DNA of 64,000 bases from NCBI GenBank assembly GCA_050273025.1, contig CP158635.1, forward strand, positions 19,902,001 to 19,966,000, given 5' to 3'. This DNA comes from Cenococcum geophilum (Eukaryota). The notes beneath the pieces were generated by a model. It was not told where the DNA came from and did no database searches. It saw nothing but the letters and a program-made list of their open reading frames with translations. This document shows positions 62,385 to 64,000 of this stretch, piece by piece (position 1 is the first letter of the stretch; each line of letters begins with the position of its first letter). The position numbers and the translations under genes are program-made.

Positions 62385-62890
62385 ATGTCGGACAACGGTT
62401 CTCCAAACAACATGCACAAGCCCGAGGATACTGCTCAGCAGTCGGAGCATCTCAATATCAAAGTCACGGATAATAACAACGAGGTGTTCTTCAAGATCAA
62501 ACGTACTACCCAGCTGAAGAAGTTGATGGATGCGTTTTGCGATAGGCAGGGCAAATCCCCACAGAGTGTGCGCTTTCTCTTCGACGGACAGCGTGTGCAG
62601 CCTACAGATAATCCAGATTCGGTGAGTCAATCATCCCGCTGTTTCAGGTTCACGGTTCGGCATTTCTATTCTATGGCCGAGGGCTAGCACCGTGTCATGC
62701 CTACTGGTGAGGGGCAGTATTCAGCAAATACTTGCTATATAGCTGGCTTCCAAAGACTTCGTAGCCTTGCCTGTTGCCTGCTCGTGATTATTTTATGCCA
62801 GTCTGTAATTTACTAATACATTTTATACAGCTTGACATGCAGGATGGCGACACGCTTGAAGTCCACCAAGAGCAAATTGGCGGGTGTTGA
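62385..62890 (+). CDS. SMT3: SUMO (small ubiquitin-like modifier), 98 aa; exons 62385-62621, 62831-62890
   Basis: EHLNIKV...EVFFKIKRTTQLKKLMDAFCDRQGK...VRFLFDG, spliced (GTGAGT...CTAAT...ACAG) to LDMQDGDTLEVHQEQIGG-C-stop, which has the di-glycine processing site. Confidence 0.97.
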
Positions 62891-63834
62891 TCCGAAACTC
62901 CTTTCCGACACGACATGATTGAAAAGAAAAGCTGGCTCCTGCTGAATGCTAGAAAGGTCAACTAGCAAGACGTGCACACGATAGATACGATGATAAATGA
63001 GCACTTGCTGCTAGGCTGGCTCGTCAGGTGAAGGACTGAAGATCTAACCAGTGAGACGAGGAATGAGGGTGGGACTCTTTTCTTTCTCGGATACGGTGGT
63101 TCTTCAGGCATGTTTGGGGCGTCTTTGGTGTCACCGGGGTTGCGTTTCGTGGCTTCCCCGCAGCGTGTATCTTTTATGTTATTTACTTTTAGAATCACTC
63201 CATCTCGCCGCCTAGAAAAGTATTTTTCACGTGATAACCCCTTTAACGGCTTGATTGATTCTATCTAGGGGCTCGTTAAAAATCTGTAATGCCAAGAATA
63301 CACTATGTACAATTTGGAAGTCACATGAAAAGGAACCACAGGCTTGGTGTCGTTCCGAAACGGTAAACCTCAAATTGCGGTGAGCTTTTATCCGTTATCA
63401 ACCAAGCACTCCCAGCTACCTTCAATCGCTTCACTATAGCCGGATAAAAAGCCTTGCTGGATCTGTAACTTAATATACTTTACTATTTTTTTAGCGGCTT
63501 GCAGGCCTAGTTACAGAATTTACCTCATGCATTAAGATTAAATGAATATCTCCTGCAATGCTCCTTCAACTATCATCTACTGGTGCAAAACCTCATATAA
63601 GTTAAATGAATATAATGGTTGATAAGTTGAGCCCGTTTGACTTGTAGTACTGAACCAACGGACAAAAGCAAATGAATGCCATGATATATAAGTTTTCGAA
63701 ACAATGAGTCGAACAAAGACGCCCCCCGATCTCAAGCCCGAGACCCACAATCCATACAGCGCAAGCAATACACGCGATCCACGCGTGACCCGCCCCAATA
63801 CTCCTACAAGCCCAAAAACCCCCCTCGCACCCTC

Positions 63835-64000
63835 CTAATCCTCCCAAACTGCCTTCTTCCGCCTCTCCGCCTCCTCCGCCTCCCTCCTCTCGCGCTCCCT
63901 CCGCTCCTCCCGCGCCCTCTTCTCCCTCTCCCGCGTCACGCGATCGAACTCCCTCTCCTCCTCGCTCCGCTTCGGCGCCCGCACCCCCAGCGCCCCCGCG
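63835..64000 (-). CDS. 3' end of a conserved fungal hypothetical charged/coiled-coil protein (partial)
   Basis: Minus frame AGALGVRAPKRSEEEREFDRVTREREKRAREERRERERREAEEAERRKKAVWED* with strong GC3 bias; runs off the window. Confidence 0.7.
   Translation of the reverse strand, partial: AGALGVRAPKRSEEEREFDRVTREREKRAREERRERERREAEEAERRKKAVWED

Overview
Genomic DNA from a filamentous ascomycete (Pezizomycotina-type introns, strong repeat-induced point mutation, RIP), in two compartments. (1) Positions 1 to ~52,650 are an AT-rich, TpA-rich graveyard of nested transposons. They include a near full-length Tad1-like LINE interrupted by a Ty1/copia element with an internal integrase deletion, and a truncated Ty3/gypsy element carrying a Tc1-like DD34E transposon whose transposase has an intron. 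There is also a complete chromodomain gypsy element with a second gypsy nested in it, a 5'-truncated second LINE copy, and an inverted relative of the nested gypsy. A 151-bp MITE, a 1.6-kb non-autonomous TIR element filled with minisatellites, and several RIP-eroded gene relics of unknown function complete the block. (2) Positions ~52,700 to 64,000 are intact and gene-dense: a small hypothetical gene, a conserved fungal membrane protein gene, NUP84/Nup107, CMC4, SUMO (SMT3) and the 3' end of a conserved hypothetical gene. The most unusual observation concerns the two members of the ~8-kb gypsy family. Both carry a spliced antisense gene between pol and the 3' LTR that, once RIP is reversed, looks like a Zn2Cys6-type cluster plus coiled coil. 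Both also have a long Gag extension with three Cys/His modules. All 'de-RIPped' readings are manual inferences.
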